Positions 10,072 through 21,872 are shown, counted from the stretch's first letter. The stretch: 64,000 nucleotides of DNA from Candidatus Bathyarchaeota archaeon (GCA_963806535.1 CAWDYC010000004.1:480001-544000); one strand, 5' to 3'. A program made the numbers and translations. Notes: a model not told the origin generated them from the sequence alone.

Positions 10072-10253
10072 ATAAAGGTTCTGCCTTAGTGCTTGTCATC
10101 CTTAACCAAAGTGTGATGGCTTTATGTACGATGCAGGTTCTTTCAGTTCGGTTTCAGTACCAAGGCAGCATTACCCTTAATGCTGAAGGCACAGTAAATC
10201 CATCTACAGAGCCAATCAGACGAGCATGCCTTACAAATTTTCGCAAGTTATAA
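10068..10253 (+). pseudogene. Short remnant of a NosD-type surface protein N-terminus
   Basis: Signal-like start plus GSITLNAEGTVNPSTEPIRR, resembling GKIFIKPNGGVDPSTAPISK of the next gene; ends early. Confidence 0.5.
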
Positions 10254-10285
10254 AAGTTCTACGTACCAACTTTACCTTGACTGCT

Positions 10286-12643
10286 ATGAATAAAACCGTT
10301 GTTATCATTTTTGTGTTTGCTATCGTTCTTGTTTCAATAGATTCCGTGCAACCTGTGCATTCTGCTTCTTTGGGAAAAATTTTTATTAAGCCAAACGGAG
10401 GCGTTGACCCTTCAACTGCTCCTATTAGCAAAAGTGGAGAAACCTACATGTTAACTGGAAATATAGGAATTCAAGTCGTGTTGGAAACCGACGATATTAT
10501 CCTTGAGGGTAACGGCTACTCGCTTCGGGGTAGCGGAAGTGGAGTTGGAATAAACATGACTTGCAGTAACGTTACCGTGCAGAATCTCAACGTAATCGAC
10601 TGGGAAGATGGGGTATTGGGTGTTTTCAATAACAACACCATTAAAAACTGTCTGATAACCCAATGCTACAACACGGCAATCGGAATATATGCTCAATCTT
10701 ATGCCATAATAGATAACAATATTGAATCAAATAATAATGGCATCGTGATCGGGCAAGGCGGACTAAACTTTATTGAAGGCAATAACATTGCCAACAATAA
10801 CAATGGTATTTATTTTTATGATTCAAATAATGAAATAGTCCAGAACAATTTTGAAAACTGTAGTCAAAGCGCAATAACTATTGACGCTTCAGGAGGGCGC
10901 CAAATTGTTTACAATAATAACTTCGTTAATAACCTGAAAGATCTGAGTGACTACACCTATAACAGTTTAGAAGGTCCTTCACAGTTTTCTTTTTGGGATA
11001 ACGGTTCAACCGGCAACTACTGGAGCGACTACACCGGCTTCGATACAAATGGAGGTGGCATTGGTGACACACCGTTCATGATACCGACTTACCTTGAGTA
11101 CAATGAAACAGCTCCAAACGGTTTTGTTGACCGTTACCCACTCATTTCACCCTTTAATTTCATCACCCCAATTCCTCAATTTTCCATCAATTTTTCGCAA
11201 ACAACTTTGCCTCAACCAGTTTCAAACTCAACAGGTCAAGCAATTGCATTGTCCTTTTTGAAAAACGTTATCCAGCTTGATCTTAGCAAATACACTGCGA
11301 CTCTAACTTCCGACGTTTCCCGAACACTTAATCCTGAGACTTCGGCAGAGTATCTAAGTTATTCACTAGTTTACTTCCGAGATGGCTCTGAAAGAACAGC
11401 CGATGCGTACCTGACAATCAGTAATAACTTGGTAACTTCTGTGTCTTTGGAACCAACAGGCGGCTCACTGCTTTTCACTTATACGTTCTCTAACAATTTT
11501 GATACAGCAAGAAAAATTATGCAAAACTATCAAACTTCCAGAAACGATCCAGACTTGAACAAAATGGTGAAAATGCTAAACACAGTAGGCTCAGCAAAAA
11601 ACATGACCGAACTTTTGGACAACTTGGGCCTCAAAGTATTGACATCACCTGCACAAACAACGTTTAATTGGAGCTACATTTACAACGGAGTCGATTATTC
11701 GAGTGTGAGATTAGCACTGCAAAATAATTACGTTTTTTCCATCCTGACTTTCTCTGATAATCGAGGGATTTACAACATAGGCAATACAAACATTAACATC
11801 CCCCAGCAACAAGCCATCCAAATTGCCAAGGACTATGTTAGAGAACTTTCTTACCCTATAAATTATGGGAACGGGACAATCACAACGGTTAATGGCTTAA
11901 ACATTAACGAAACAAACACCATTGCAAACCTATCGGCAACAAGCCTAGACTCAGCGACTCTGTACCCTTTTTGGAGTGTGCAAATGCCCCTTGACCACAT
12001 TTACCCTGGAAAAACCTTTGCCGTTACAGTGGGCGTTTGGGCCGGCAACGGAACAGTTTTCAATGCTCAAAGAGACATTAATCCATTGTCTTCCACAGTG
12101 CCATCTTTAGTTCCATTTTCATTATTGGCATTTATTCCAATACTAGCAATAAGCTTTGTTGCTTTCATTATTGTTGTTGTTTCGCTCCTTTTTCTGATTA
12201 ACGGGAGCATTCGTAAGAACAGGTCAGTTGAAGACTTATTTGTTTCAGGAAGATCCACTCAGGAGGTTAAAGATGAAGTATTGAGATGGTTTAAGAAGAA
12301 TAAAGTTGATGTTGTGGAGACTCATGAAGACCTTGTAAAAGGTCGCTGGGGAACTGGAATAGTGACAGCCTCAAAGTACTTTGAGATTTCTTTTAAGCCG
12401 ATAAGAAGCGGAGTTGCAGTGCACGCAGAAGGTTGGATAAGCATCTTTGGTATTACTGAACATAGTTTTTCACCCGCAGCTTTAATGGGATGGATTCCTC
12501 GAAGAGAAGGTTGGTGCGCAAATGAAAAACTTTTAACAGCAATAAAAGCAATGTCGACGATAACTAAAATCTGTCCCCAATGCGGCAGGGCTGTAAATGA
12601 AGACGTACCATTTTGTCAATACTGCGGCAAACAACTTAGCTAG
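10286..12643 (+). CDS. NosD/pectin-lyase-like beta-helix surface protein with a TM helix, cytoplasmic domain and C-terminal zinc ribbon
   Basis: Asn-rich parallel beta-helix repeats, GNYWSDY.G.D..G.GIGDTP motif, TM near residue 640, CPQCG..CQYCG at the end. Confidence 0.82.
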   Translation: MNKTVVIIFVFAIVLVSIDSVQPVHSASLGKIFIKPNGGVDPSTAPISKSGETYMLTGNIGIQVVLETDDIILEGNGYSLRGSGSGVGINMTCSNVTVQNLNVIDWEDGVLGVFNNNTIKNCLITQCYNTAIGIYAQSYAIIDNNIESNNNGIVIGQGGLNFIEGNNIANNNNGIYFYDSNNEIVQNNFENCSQSAITIDASGGRQIVYNNNFVNNLKDLSDYTYNSLEGPSQFSFWDNGSTGNYWSDYTGFDTNGGGIGDTPFMIPTYLEYNETAPNGFVDRYPLISPFNFITPIPQFSINFSQTTLPQPVSNSTGQAIALSFLKNVIQLDLSKYTATLTSDVSRTLNPETSAEYLSYSLVYFRDGSERTADAYLTISNNLVTSVSLEPTGGSLLFTYTFSNNFDTARKIMQNYQTSRNDPDLNKMVKMLNTVGSAKNMTELLDNLGLKVLTSPAQTTFNWSYIYNGVDYSSVRLALQNNYVFSILTFSDNRGIYNIGNTNINIPQQQAIQIAKDYVRELSYPINYGNGTITTVNGLNINETNTIANLSATSLDSATLYPFWSVQMPLDHIYPGKTFAVTVGVWAGNGTVFNAQRDINPLSSTVPSLVPFSLLAFIPILAISFVAFIIVVVSLLFLINGSIRKNRSVEDLFVSGRSTQEVKDEVLRWFKKNKVDVVETHEDLVKGRWGTGIVTASKYFEISFKPIRSGVAVHAEGWISIFGITEHSFSPAALMGWIPRREGWCANEKLLTAIKAMSTITKICPQCGRAVNEDVPFCQYCGKQLS

Positions 12644-12668
12644 AAAATGAATCCTGAACTAAAAAAAA

Positions 12669-12833
12669 TTAAGTGCTTATTCTTTTCCTAATTTCTTCGA
12701 CTTGTTGGGGTGTAAACACTTCTTCTTCACAAACGGGGCATCGAAGCGCCTTTACGTTTGAAGTAATAGTGCCGTCAACTTCAAAGTCAAATTCCACTTC
12801 TACGTATTCCACGCAACAGGTCGGGCAAAGCAA
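12669..12833 (-). CDS. YgiT-type zinc finger small protein
   Basis: CPTC..NVKALRCPVCEEEVFT; probable TTG start after an AGGTG RBS. Confidence 0.7.
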   Translation of the reverse strand: MLCPTCCVEYVEVEFDFEVDGTITSNVKALRCPVCEEEVFTPQQVEEIRKRIST

Positions 12834-12858
12834 CGCACCTGCTTTTGTGATTCTTGCT

Positions 12859-13340
12859 TTATTCGGTGAATTTTTTTCCAAGCTCTTCTGCCCAAGCCTC
12901 AACCTTACTCAAATCCGTATTATCCACCATGGTTTTTCTGAAATATCTTTATGCGTCCGCCGAAGGCTTCTGCGCTTACAGCGTTGATTTGTGGGAACTT
13001 CGATAACGTGTTTTCTACAAATTTGGCTTTTGCAGCATCATAGCTTTCCTGCTTAGGAGTGCCTGCCCAAGTAGGAAGAAACAAAAAAAGCAACCTTTTT
13101 CCCAGTGAAGTCGTTTTCAAGAAACTTTATCGCTTTACTGTAAACTCTGCCCATCCTAACGCCTCCACCAACAACAACGTTTTTGTATTGAGTTAGGTCA
13201 AGCACTTTTTGCTCTTTCAGGTCAACCAAATCAACTTCTATCTGGAATTTTGAACGCAAAACTTCAGCGATTTTTCTTGCTGACTCTTCAGTTGCGCCAC
13301 CTTTAGTTTCATACGCTATAAGCGTCTTATTTGCATCCAT
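12859..13340 (-). CDS. Flavodoxin-domain protein (HemG/Flavodoxin_5-like), two frameshifts
   Basis: IAYETKGGATEESA FMN-binding loop; reconstructed across ORFs 13053-13340 and 12920-13120, ending DNTDLSKVEAWAEELGKKFTE. Confidence 0.75.
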
Positions 13341-13342
13341 TT

Positions 13343-13698
13343 CTAAGAGCTACCGTGTGACTCTTCGTTTGGCGCCAAGTTTTGTGCCGCAGCTATGACA
13401 GAAAACTGAGCCGTTTGGATTCTTTGTAGCGCATTTGGAGCAGGTTACAGTTTGTGGTTGTGAGGAGGTTTTTGTTGCCAATTTTCTCTTGCTTTCTGGA
13501 TTGCTGAATGGGTTTCGCGTGCCGCTATGTTGAATGCTTTTTCAAGTTCTATTCCGACTTGGTAGAACAGCATCTCGTAACTCATCAGCTGGATAAACTG
13601 GCTTTTGCAGCTTTGCCCTTCTCAGTTTTTGTGCCGCATTTCGGGCAGAAATAAGCGTCATCAGCTATTTGTGATCCACAGTTTGAACAGTAAACCAA
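13343..13698 (-). CDS. Double zinc-ribbon protein (frameshifted; absent from the ORF track)
   Basis: Hand translation: MVYCSNCG..FCPKCG ... helical middle ... CSKC..FCHSCG; 3' end approximate. Confidence 0.7.
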
Positions 13699-13794
13699 TT
13701 TTTTCACCGTAAATATGCATGTTTCACTGGTGAATTTAAGCCTTTACTGAACCAAAAAAGAAGAAAATTAAGAAAGAAAATATGGGTTGACTGC

Positions 13795-15158
13795 TTATTC
13801 TACGAGTTTGTGTCTGGCTTCTTCTATGAGTTTTACGGTTTGCAGTCGCCATGGCTCGAAGTTTTGCGGTGATGCTTGGGTATGTGTTGTAGTGTGCGCT
13901 GAGTCCCCGCATCATTGTAACAGTTAAGCGGAGTTTTTTGAGGAATCCTACGCGTCGTATGCCGCGGAACACTCGTTTTGCGGTTTCTGTGATGTTTAGG
14001 TGGAAGTCGTCGCCCATGCCTGCTTTGAGAACGTCATCTTCAGTCATGAGTTTTTCGTACATGCCATAGTTAAGGTCTGCGTCGCTGCAGGATAAGAGGA
14101 ACATCTTGAAAATGTCTAGGGTTCCTTGTTTCTTGCCATAGGTGTCGATGTATTTCTTGTTGTAGCCCCAAAGCGCCTCTTTTGTCGGTTCACCTTTGCT
14201 TAGGGCTTCAACGATTTGTTGTCCTGCAAGATAGCCGCTAAGCATTGAAGGTCCGATGCCGCCGCCGTGAATTGGATTAACTAATGAAGCAGCATCACCA
14301 GTCAATACGACACCATTTGAAACCATGTTGTCTAATGGTCTGCGTACTGGATCAAACCATGAGCCACCAGTTAAGACCGTGGAACCTTCAAAGATTGGTC
14401 TCTTAAATGCTGTTTCGTAGAGTTGCTGTTTGGGGTTAGGATAGTTTTCGCGCATGCAGGTGCCTATGCCCACGTTGACACGGGCGCCGCCTTTGGGGAA
14501 AATCCAGATGTAGCCGCCTGGTGAGGCTTTTTGGTTAAGGTAGATTTCGCAGAAGCGGGTGTTTTCGGTTTCTTGTTTGAGTTGGCGAATTTCTCGGTAG
14601 CATGCTTCGACATCTTCGTTTGCTATGTCGCGATCTATGCCCATTTCGGCAGGTAGTTGTTTGCGTACCATGCCAAAGTAGCCAGTAGCGTCAACCACAA
14701 CCTTACTTCGCATCTCTGCAACTTTGCCAGTTTTCATGTTTTTCGCAGTTATGCCTGCTACTGCGCCTTTCTCAATTATGGGTGAACGGAAATTCATGTT
14801 ATCTTGCAGGAGTGCACCTTTGTCGGTTGCTTTCTTGAGCAGCCACTGCCCGAATAGTCGTCTGTTTAACAGGAAACCGACGAAGTCTTTGTCTGCTATG
14901 GTGAAGACTGGTGTTTTCGTCTGGGGAGTAGATTTTTATGCCGTCAATTTTTGCTTCCAATTCGCCGCCTGTGGGTTTTTCCAACCCCAAAAATTTGAGG
15001 TGATGCTCGCCTAAGGCGTCGCCGCAGATTTTTTCTCCAATTTCTTCACGGTTTTTCTTTTCTATCATGCAGACTTTTAAGCCTGATTCAGACATGGTTT
15101 TTGCTGCTAAGCAGCCTGCTGTTCCTGCGCCAACAACTATGGCGTCGTATTTTTCCAA
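13795..15158 (-). CDS. Digeranylgeranylglycerophospholipid reductase (geranylgeranyl reductase), frameshifted
   Basis: YDAIVVGAGTAG FAD motif, KICGDA, PGGYIWIFPK, GDAASLVNPIHGGGI; GGAGG RBS before a TTG start. Confidence 0.9.
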
Positions 15159-15257
15159 TGATTTTATCCTCCAAGTTGATGTAATTTGTATACCTTGTTG
15201 TATTAGTAAACCCTTATAAATTATGAAGTGAGCCAAACTACACCGAGTGTAAGCCAA

Positions 15258-15692
15258 ATGAGTGCCCCATTAACGTTAAGCGCTGAATTCCGCAAAATCG
15301 TTGAAGCCCGCATGAACCAAGTTTTAAAGGGCGTTGAAGAAACCTTCAACCAAATAATAGAAACCCAAAAAATAACGCCGACCGAACTCAAAAAAGAACT
15401 TGACAGCCTACAAGAAAGCTTCAATCTACTTTTTCAAAAATGGAGCCTTGAAATCCTCTACACACTGCTGCTTAAAGATGCCATCGGCTTTGGCGAAATA
15501 AAAAAAATCTTAACCGTCAATTCCCGTACACTCTCAGACAAGCTTGAAGATGCTTCAGAAACATGGTTACATAACAAGAAATGTAACTGCTGGTCCACCA
15601 TTGCGCGTGGAGTATGCTTTAACTGCTAAAGGAAAAAACACTGTGCTCTTGGCTTTGCCTCTTCTGTACTATTCAAGCTCAGCTGAAGTTAA
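15258..15692 (+). CDS. HxlR-family winged-helix regulator with an N-terminal extension (frameshifted; 3' end approximate)
   Basis: QKWSLEIL..GFGEIKK..NSRTLSDKL / L.K.GYI.R....PPLRVEYALT.KG. Confidence 0.8.
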
Positions 15693-16205
15693 GATCTTAA
15701 TTGGCTTCTTCTCATTTCGTCTAAAAGATTGTCCCAGACTTGTCGTTTCTTTAACGGTTTCGAAAACCATGCATGTCAGCGTCTTCTCTAAGCCCTTAAT
15801 TAACCGCAACTTATCGACCACGAACTTGCCTACGGCATCAACATTTTCAGCGCGAAGCTTAACCAGCAAATCCCAGTCGCCAGTAATTATGTAGACTTCT
15901 TGAACTTCTGGAAAACGTGCAATTTCTTCTGCGACAACTCTTTGGGAAACTGGAGTATCGTCGGATTTTGACCTGTAGGAGACGGATGCTAAGATGAATG
16001 CTGCTGTGCCTAAATTCAATTTTTCCGGGGCGAGAATGGCTCGGTACTGTTTTATTATGCCGAGTTCTTCCATGCGTTTTGTTTTTGCGAAAACGGTGGT
16101 TATTGGTGAACCAATTTTTTTGGCGATTTGGTTGGCTGTGAGTTTGCTGTTTTCCTGTACCAGTTTGAGTATGGCTATGTCTTTTTCATCGAGTTTAATG
16201 CTCAT
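15669..16205 (-). CDS. Lrp/AsnC family transcriptional regulator
   Basis: LDEKDIAILKL..IAKKIG..TVF...MEELGII HTH; EVYIITGDWDLLVK RAM domain. Confidence 0.93.
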   Translation of the reverse strand: MSIKLDEKDIAILKLVQENSKLTANQIAKKIGSPITTVFAKTKRMEELGIIKQYRAILAPEKLNLGTAAFILASVSYRSKSDDTPVSQRVVAEEIARFPEVQEVYIITGDWDLLVKLRAENVDAVGKFVVDKLRLIKGLEKTLTCMVFETVKETTSLGQSFRRNEKKPIKILTSAELE

Positions 16206-16220
16206 ATGTAAATATTACAT
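16206..16220. promoter_or_regulatory. Lrp-type palindromic operator candidate ATGTAA-ATA-TTACAT
   Basis: Perfect 6-3-6 inverted repeat abutting the Lrp start codon in the divergent Lrp/asnA promoter. Confidence 0.6.
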
Positions 16221-16332
16221 GTTTTAGCTATAAAACCTTGTGTTTTTCGTAATTTATTCATGTTTTATTATAAAAAATTTATTATCTGCTTTGCACAGTG
16301 TATTTTCAACATATCAAGTAAAGTGATCAAAA

Positions 16333-17300
16333 TTGAAACAAGAATTAATTGAAACACCAAAACCGTTAGATCAACTTACTCCAACCGAATTAGAAAGAAA
16401 AGCCTGCATAGGCAAAATTATGACTTACACACTAAAAAGTCTCACAAACACTTTTGTAAATGATGGTTTCCAATGGCTGCTTCCAGTAGCCCTGAGCCAA
16501 AGCACCGACCCGCTCTGGCCAGATCCAGGAGCATCCATCGAGAAAAGAATCGAAGTAGACATCTACGGCAAACCAGTACGAACCACAGCAAGCATGATCA
16601 TCCACAAACTGGTCGCCTCATCCACAGCCTACCCGAAACTGTTCATACTTTCACCCAACATACGCATCGAAAAAGCAGAACGCGCCAAAACAGGCAAGCA
16701 CATCTACGAGTTTACGCAGCTTGATTTTGAAGCAAGAGATGCAACTTCAAAAGACATCATGACTTTGGTCGAAGATGCCCTCTGTACACTTGTGAAAGAT
16801 TTGAAGCGTGAAATGAAAAGCGAATTAACTACACTTTGCCGATGTGACCGACACTGAAAGCTCCAAAGGCTCCTTTCAAAGTCTATGACCGCGTTGAACT
16901 TGAAGCAAAGTACGGTGCAGACGGTTGGGAAGCAGGCATAGCCAAAGACATTACAGAACCGGTTTGGGTAATGAACATTCCCCGAGAATTCTACGATTAT
17001 GAAGACTTCAAATCTGGAAAATGGGATAACTATGACTTGTTCCTGCCACAGTTCGGTGAAGTACTATCAGGCGCCAAACGTGAATGGGAATATAGCAAAA
17101 TCTCAAAGAAAATTGAACGCGACCAAGTCAAAAAAGAAAACTATGCATTAGTGCTGAAGATGGCTAAGGAAGGACGATTGAAACCTACTGCTGGCGGAGG
17201 AATTGGCATGGAACGTTTAGTGGGATGGATTGCAGGTGTTAAACATATTGGTGAATGTCAACCGTTCCCAAGAATTCCGGGCACTGTAAACGAACTTTAG
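16333..17300 (+). CDS. asnA: Archaeal asparagine synthetase A (AsnRS-catalytic-domain-like), one frameshift near 16850
   Basis: TDPLWPDP, SMIIHK, SPNIRIE, EFTQLDFE, GEVLSGAKREWEY, GGGIGMERL; no anticodon-binding domain. Confidence 0.88.
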
Positions 17301-17485
17301 GGAATGTGTAAAGAAAGCGACTTGGAGAACCATACAATCTCACTTCTTTTCTTTGTCATGCACAAAGTTTTTAATTGACTTATGCACCACTGTGAAAGGA
17401 AAGCAATTATATTGCATAAAACCTCTGGGTTAATCCTGAAAATTGGGTTTCAATCTCAGAGCCAGCAATATTTAAGGTGAAAAAA

Positions 17486-19404
17486 ATGGTTACAGTGAAT
17501 CCAATAATAATGAATCCGTATCTTGAGGCGCTTCAACCAAAACTTAGCGCAGCGGACTTCAAAAAACTTAGTGCAATAAACAATCCTAACGTCCACGAGT
17601 TCATTGCTAAAGAAAATGATCTCTGCCACCCAAAAGATATTTTCATTTGCAGTGACTCAGCTGAAGATATTACACATATTCGAAAGCAAGCAATTGCTTC
17701 AGGTGAAGAACAAGCAATCTTAACTCTTCAGGGGCAGACTGTCCATTTCGACGGTGAACATGACCAAGGGACGAGACCGCCAAGCCACCAAGTACCTTGT
17801 ACCAAAAGGAGTTACCTTAAGCAAAGCCCTCAACCAAATGGACCGACAAGAAGGTTTAGCTGAAGTTACAGGTATCCTTAGGGATTCCATGGCAGGGAAA
17901 AACAATGATTGTCCGCTTCGTCTCACTAGGTCCTCAAGATTCTGTCTTTACTATTTTGGGTTTACAATGCACAGATTCATGGTACGTTGCGCATTCTGAA
18001 AACCTACTTGTATCGACCTGGATATGAACAGTTTGTTAAGGCAGGACCAAAAAGCGACTTCTTGCGCGTTCTGCATTCATCTGGAAAAGTAAATGGTGAC
18101 ATGGTAAGTGTAGATTGGAACAAAAAATGCATTTACATCGACCAAATGGACAATACAATTTACAGTGTTAACACTCAGTATGCTGGAAACTCTGTTGGCT
18201 TCAAAAAACTTGCCTTCCGCTTAGCTATTCGAAAAGCAAGCAGCGAAGGATGGCTAGCCGAACACATGCTCCTAATGGGCGTCTTTGGTCCAGGCGGACG
18301 CAAAACCTACTTTGCAGGAGCATTTCCAAGCGCATGTGGAAAAACCTCAACTGCAATGCTTCCAGGCGAGACTATTCTTGGCGATGACATTGCATATCTA
18401 AGAGATGTCGATTCTGCTGCGCGTGCAGTTAACGTAGAATCAGGCATATTCGGAATCATACAAGACGTCAACCCCAAAGATGACGCTTTGATTTACAAGC
18501 TGCTTGACCAGCTCCAGGAGAAATTATATTCTCAAATATTCTGGTTAAAGATGGCAAACCATACTGGCTTGGCATGGGCAAAGAGCTTCCAAAAGACGGC
18601 TGCAACTATACTGGCGCATGGTTTGAAGGCAAAAAAGACGAAGCTGGCAACGATGTTCCACCCGCCAATAAGAATGCCCGCTACACATTGGCGCTTAAAG
18701 AATTGGAAAACTGTGATCCTGAACTTCATAATCCGTTAGGCGTTGAATTAGGCGGCATAATGTATGGCGGACGAGATGCTAAGGCTTACGTGCCTGTTCA
18801 GCAAAGCTTCAGCTGGGAACACGGAATAATCGCTTACGGCGCATCACTTGAAACTGAAACCACTTTCGCTACTGTCGGCAAAGAAGGTATTCCAGAAATT
18901 AACATGATGAGCATCCAAGACTTCATTTCAATTCCGATGGGCAAAAACGTTCACAACAACTTGAACTTTGGTCGGAAACTCAAAAAGCAACCAATCATTT
19001 TCGGAGTAAACTATTTCCTAAAAGAAGTTGGCAACGGAAAATACCTAAACGGTGTACAGGATAAACATGTTTGGATAAAATGGATGGAGCAAAGAGTGCA
19101 TAACGAAGTTGGAGCAATAGCTACTCCAACAGGATACATTCCAAAATATGAGGATTTACGCAGACTATTCAAGCAGGTTCTTGGCAAAAACTACGCTAAA
19201 GAAGACTACATTAAACAATTCACTATTCGTGTTCCCGAAAATCTTGCCAAGATTGAACGGGTGCAAAGATTTTACCAAGAAAACGTTACTGACACGCCAT
19301 TGGAACTTTTCGGCATTTTGTATCTGCAACGTCAACGCTTGATTGAAGCTAAAGAAAAATACGGCGATTACATTTCACCAGAAAGCTTTGAAAAAGGAGA
19401 CTAA
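17486..19404 (+). CDS. pckG: Phosphoenolpyruvate carboxykinase (GTP), about 3 frameshifts
   Basis: YAGNS.G.KK.AFR, WLAEHM, AFPSACGKTS, GDDI, N.RYT, IFGVNYF motifs across consecutive ORFs. Confidence 0.9.
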
Positions 19405-19557
19405 ACAATTCAATGAATAGCAAACATTCAGTTTTACCCTTTTTTTGGGTCAGATTTATAAATGGATTAAATATATTGACTAAAAATTCATAACCGTTAA
19501 TTAACAAAATCGATGAATTGAGAAAACACAAAGAAAAAGATGTGAAGGAAAATGATG

Positions 19558-19791
19558 ATGAAAAAACTGGAAAAACAAGACTCTGCATACACAATAAATC
19601 TTGCCACTATCGAAGATGATGGTTCCTTCCAATGCCCTAAATGCAAAATTTCAATCTCACCGGAAGACGAGAATGAAGAAAACTATAAAATCGAAGATAC
19701 CAAAGTTGTCAACGGCGAGCTATCTGAACTAATTATTACTTGCGGTAAATGCAGAAGTGTCATAAAACTCACTGGATTCCAAGGTTTCTAA
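19558..19791 (+). CDS. Small CxxC..CxxC zinc-binding hypothetical protein
   Basis: FQCPKC..ISPED..ITCGKC. Confidence 0.7.
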   Translation: MKKLEKQDSAYTINLATIEDDGSFQCPKCKISISPEDENEENYKIEDTKVVNGELSELIITCGKCRSVIKLTGFQGF

Positions 19792-19896
19792 TTCAGCGCT
19801 TACGAAACTTTTGCAAACCAAGTTTGAGTTAGCATTAGTTTGGTTTAGCCAAATAGTTTATTTTGTTATGATACATTACTCGGCTGTTGATATTTG

Positions 19897-20510
19897 ATGA
19901 TAATTGAAACCTTCACGGTTGGCATGTTGTCAACAAACTGCTACGTCGTTAATTCAGAAAAAAGCAAAGAAGCAATTGTTATTGACCCAGGCTTAGACAT
20001 GCCTTTTGAAGCCCAGCAAATTTTCGACTACATTGCGAAAGAAAAATTGAAAGTAAAATTAATTCTCAACACTCATGGGCATCAAGACCACATAAGCGGC
20101 GACACCATATTCCAAGAAAAATACAACGTTCCCATCTACATTCACAAATATGATGCGCCTTCACTTGAGGAATTGGAACAAAATAAGTTTCCTGCGCCTA
20201 TATTGCTTAGAAGATGGGAGCTTAATCAAGTTTGGTGATGTGTCTTTTACTGTTATGCTTACGCCTGGACATACCCCTGGTAGCATATGTCTCGTAGGCG
20301 AAAAGCTTGTTTTTACAGGTGACACATTGTTTAATGAAGGGATTGGTAGAACAGATTTTCCAGGAGGCTCAATGAGAGATATGCGATTATCTCTTGCAAA
20401 AGCTTGTGCGTTTGCCTGATTATTTCTTAGTTTATCCTGGGCATGGACCAACATCTATTATCGGTGAAGAAAAAAGGAATAATCCTTTCCTGAGTGGCAA
20501 TGATTTTTGA
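19897..20510 (+). CDS. MBL-fold metallo-hydrolase (glyoxalase II-like), frameshifted
   Basis: NCY, IDPG, THGHQDH, TPGHTPGS, FTGDTLF, GRTDFPGG, YPGHG. Confidence 0.88.
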
Positions 20511-20511
20511 T

Positions 20512-21507
20512 TTAACTGTTGATTGCTTGGTTAGTGCTTAATTCTTGCAGTGCCTTTAGTCGTTTGATAATGTTTGGATGAGTTGACAAGATTTCAACGA
20601 ACATTGTCTACTTTTGTCGGTTGCTTTGCAAGTGTGTCTCGAAGCAAATCCTGTTTGCTTCTAATCTGTGCCGCATGAAGGTCTGCAGAGTCGGCGCTTG
20701 CTCTATTGGTGTCAGTAATGAATAATGCTCTGAAGGAACTTTGGTTTTTCTGATCTTCTTTCTTTTGTTGACCACCACGTTTGCTTTCTTCAACAATTGT
20801 TACTAAGCCAGTTGAGAGTTTTTCTGCGCCGTTTTCAACTACTGAAACGCTATGTCTATCAGCATAGTATTCGCGCAGTCGACTTAGGTACAATGTGAAT
20901 AAGGTTAGTACCCAAGAGAACGCCATGAAAGCTATACCTATGAGTGCATTACTGCCTCCGCTGTTTTTCTTTTGTCCTCCACCGAACATGCCTGAAAGCA
21001 TCATTGAGTAACCGATATAGTAGAATAAGGCTGGTAAGAACGAAGCTACCATCATGACTTGGACGTCATGGTGTTTTATATGGCCAAGTTCATGCCCCAA
21101 GACAGCTTCAACTTCGCCGCTGTCAAGAGAATCTAGAAGCCCCTGAGTAACGGCTACGCGGGTTCCTGATAACGGTGAACCGTAAGCGAATGCATTTGGA
21201 AGAGGAATGTTCGCCAACATTAGCTTGGGAACAGCTATTCCGCTTTTTCTGCTTATGTCATTGACCATTTGGTGTAGTTCTGGCTTTTCGTCTTGCTTAA
21301 GTTCTTTAACTTTGTATATCCAGCCGATGAGGTATGGTGCCAGCAGCCACTGGGCCACGTTAAGGACTACTACCAAAATTCCGATAGTCTACTAAATCTA
21401 AAGCCTATTCCAGCAACAGTCAAAATGACTGCAAATACGAGTGTGGACAAACCAAAGATTATGGCTAATGTTCCAGCCATAGAAATACGAAGTTTCCAAG
21501 CGTTCAT
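20512..21507 (-). CDS. htpX: Zinc metalloprotease HtpX (M48), frameshifted at both ends
   Basis: PNAFAYG, HELGH, SRLREYYAD, reconstructed STHPNIIKRL C-terminus; N-terminal TMs. Confidence 0.9.
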
Positions 21508-21779
21508 GCATCGGTCACTGTTAATCCTCAATGTCTTTCAAGGGCGCTTATAACTTTTGTGCGCTATCAATGGAAAAAAAGCCTTGAAATCACGTTATCA
21601 AAACAGATTCGCTTCCCGACCACTGAGCGCTTCCTGTTCTGTTCCTTTGCCCATTTCCAAGCTATCGATATGTACCGCACGGCGAAAAGAAAAAATAAGA
21701 ATTTTTGAGACTGAGTTTTCTCCTTTCCATAACAAAAGAGGTATGGCGAATTGCGGTAATTACAGCCTAAAATAGCTTC

Positions 21780-21872
21780 TTAAAAGAAATGTCTAAGAAG
21801 AGCTATTATTGCTGTTACAACAATGATGACAACTATTAGAATTGTTATTCGTTTTTTTGTGTAGAACCTCAT
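21780..21872 (-). CDS. 30-aa single-TM microprotein (unannotated)
   Basis: MRFYTKKRITILIVVIIVVTAIIALLRHFF, preceded by a purine-rich GGGAGAGTAGGT RBS-like sequence. Confidence 0.5.
   Translation of the reverse strand: MRFYTKKRITILIVVIIVVTAIIALLRHFF

Noticed and set aside
16333-17300. Truncated asparaginyl-tRNA synthetase pseudogene
   Set aside because: Absence of the anticodon domain is normal for archaeal asparagine synthetase A
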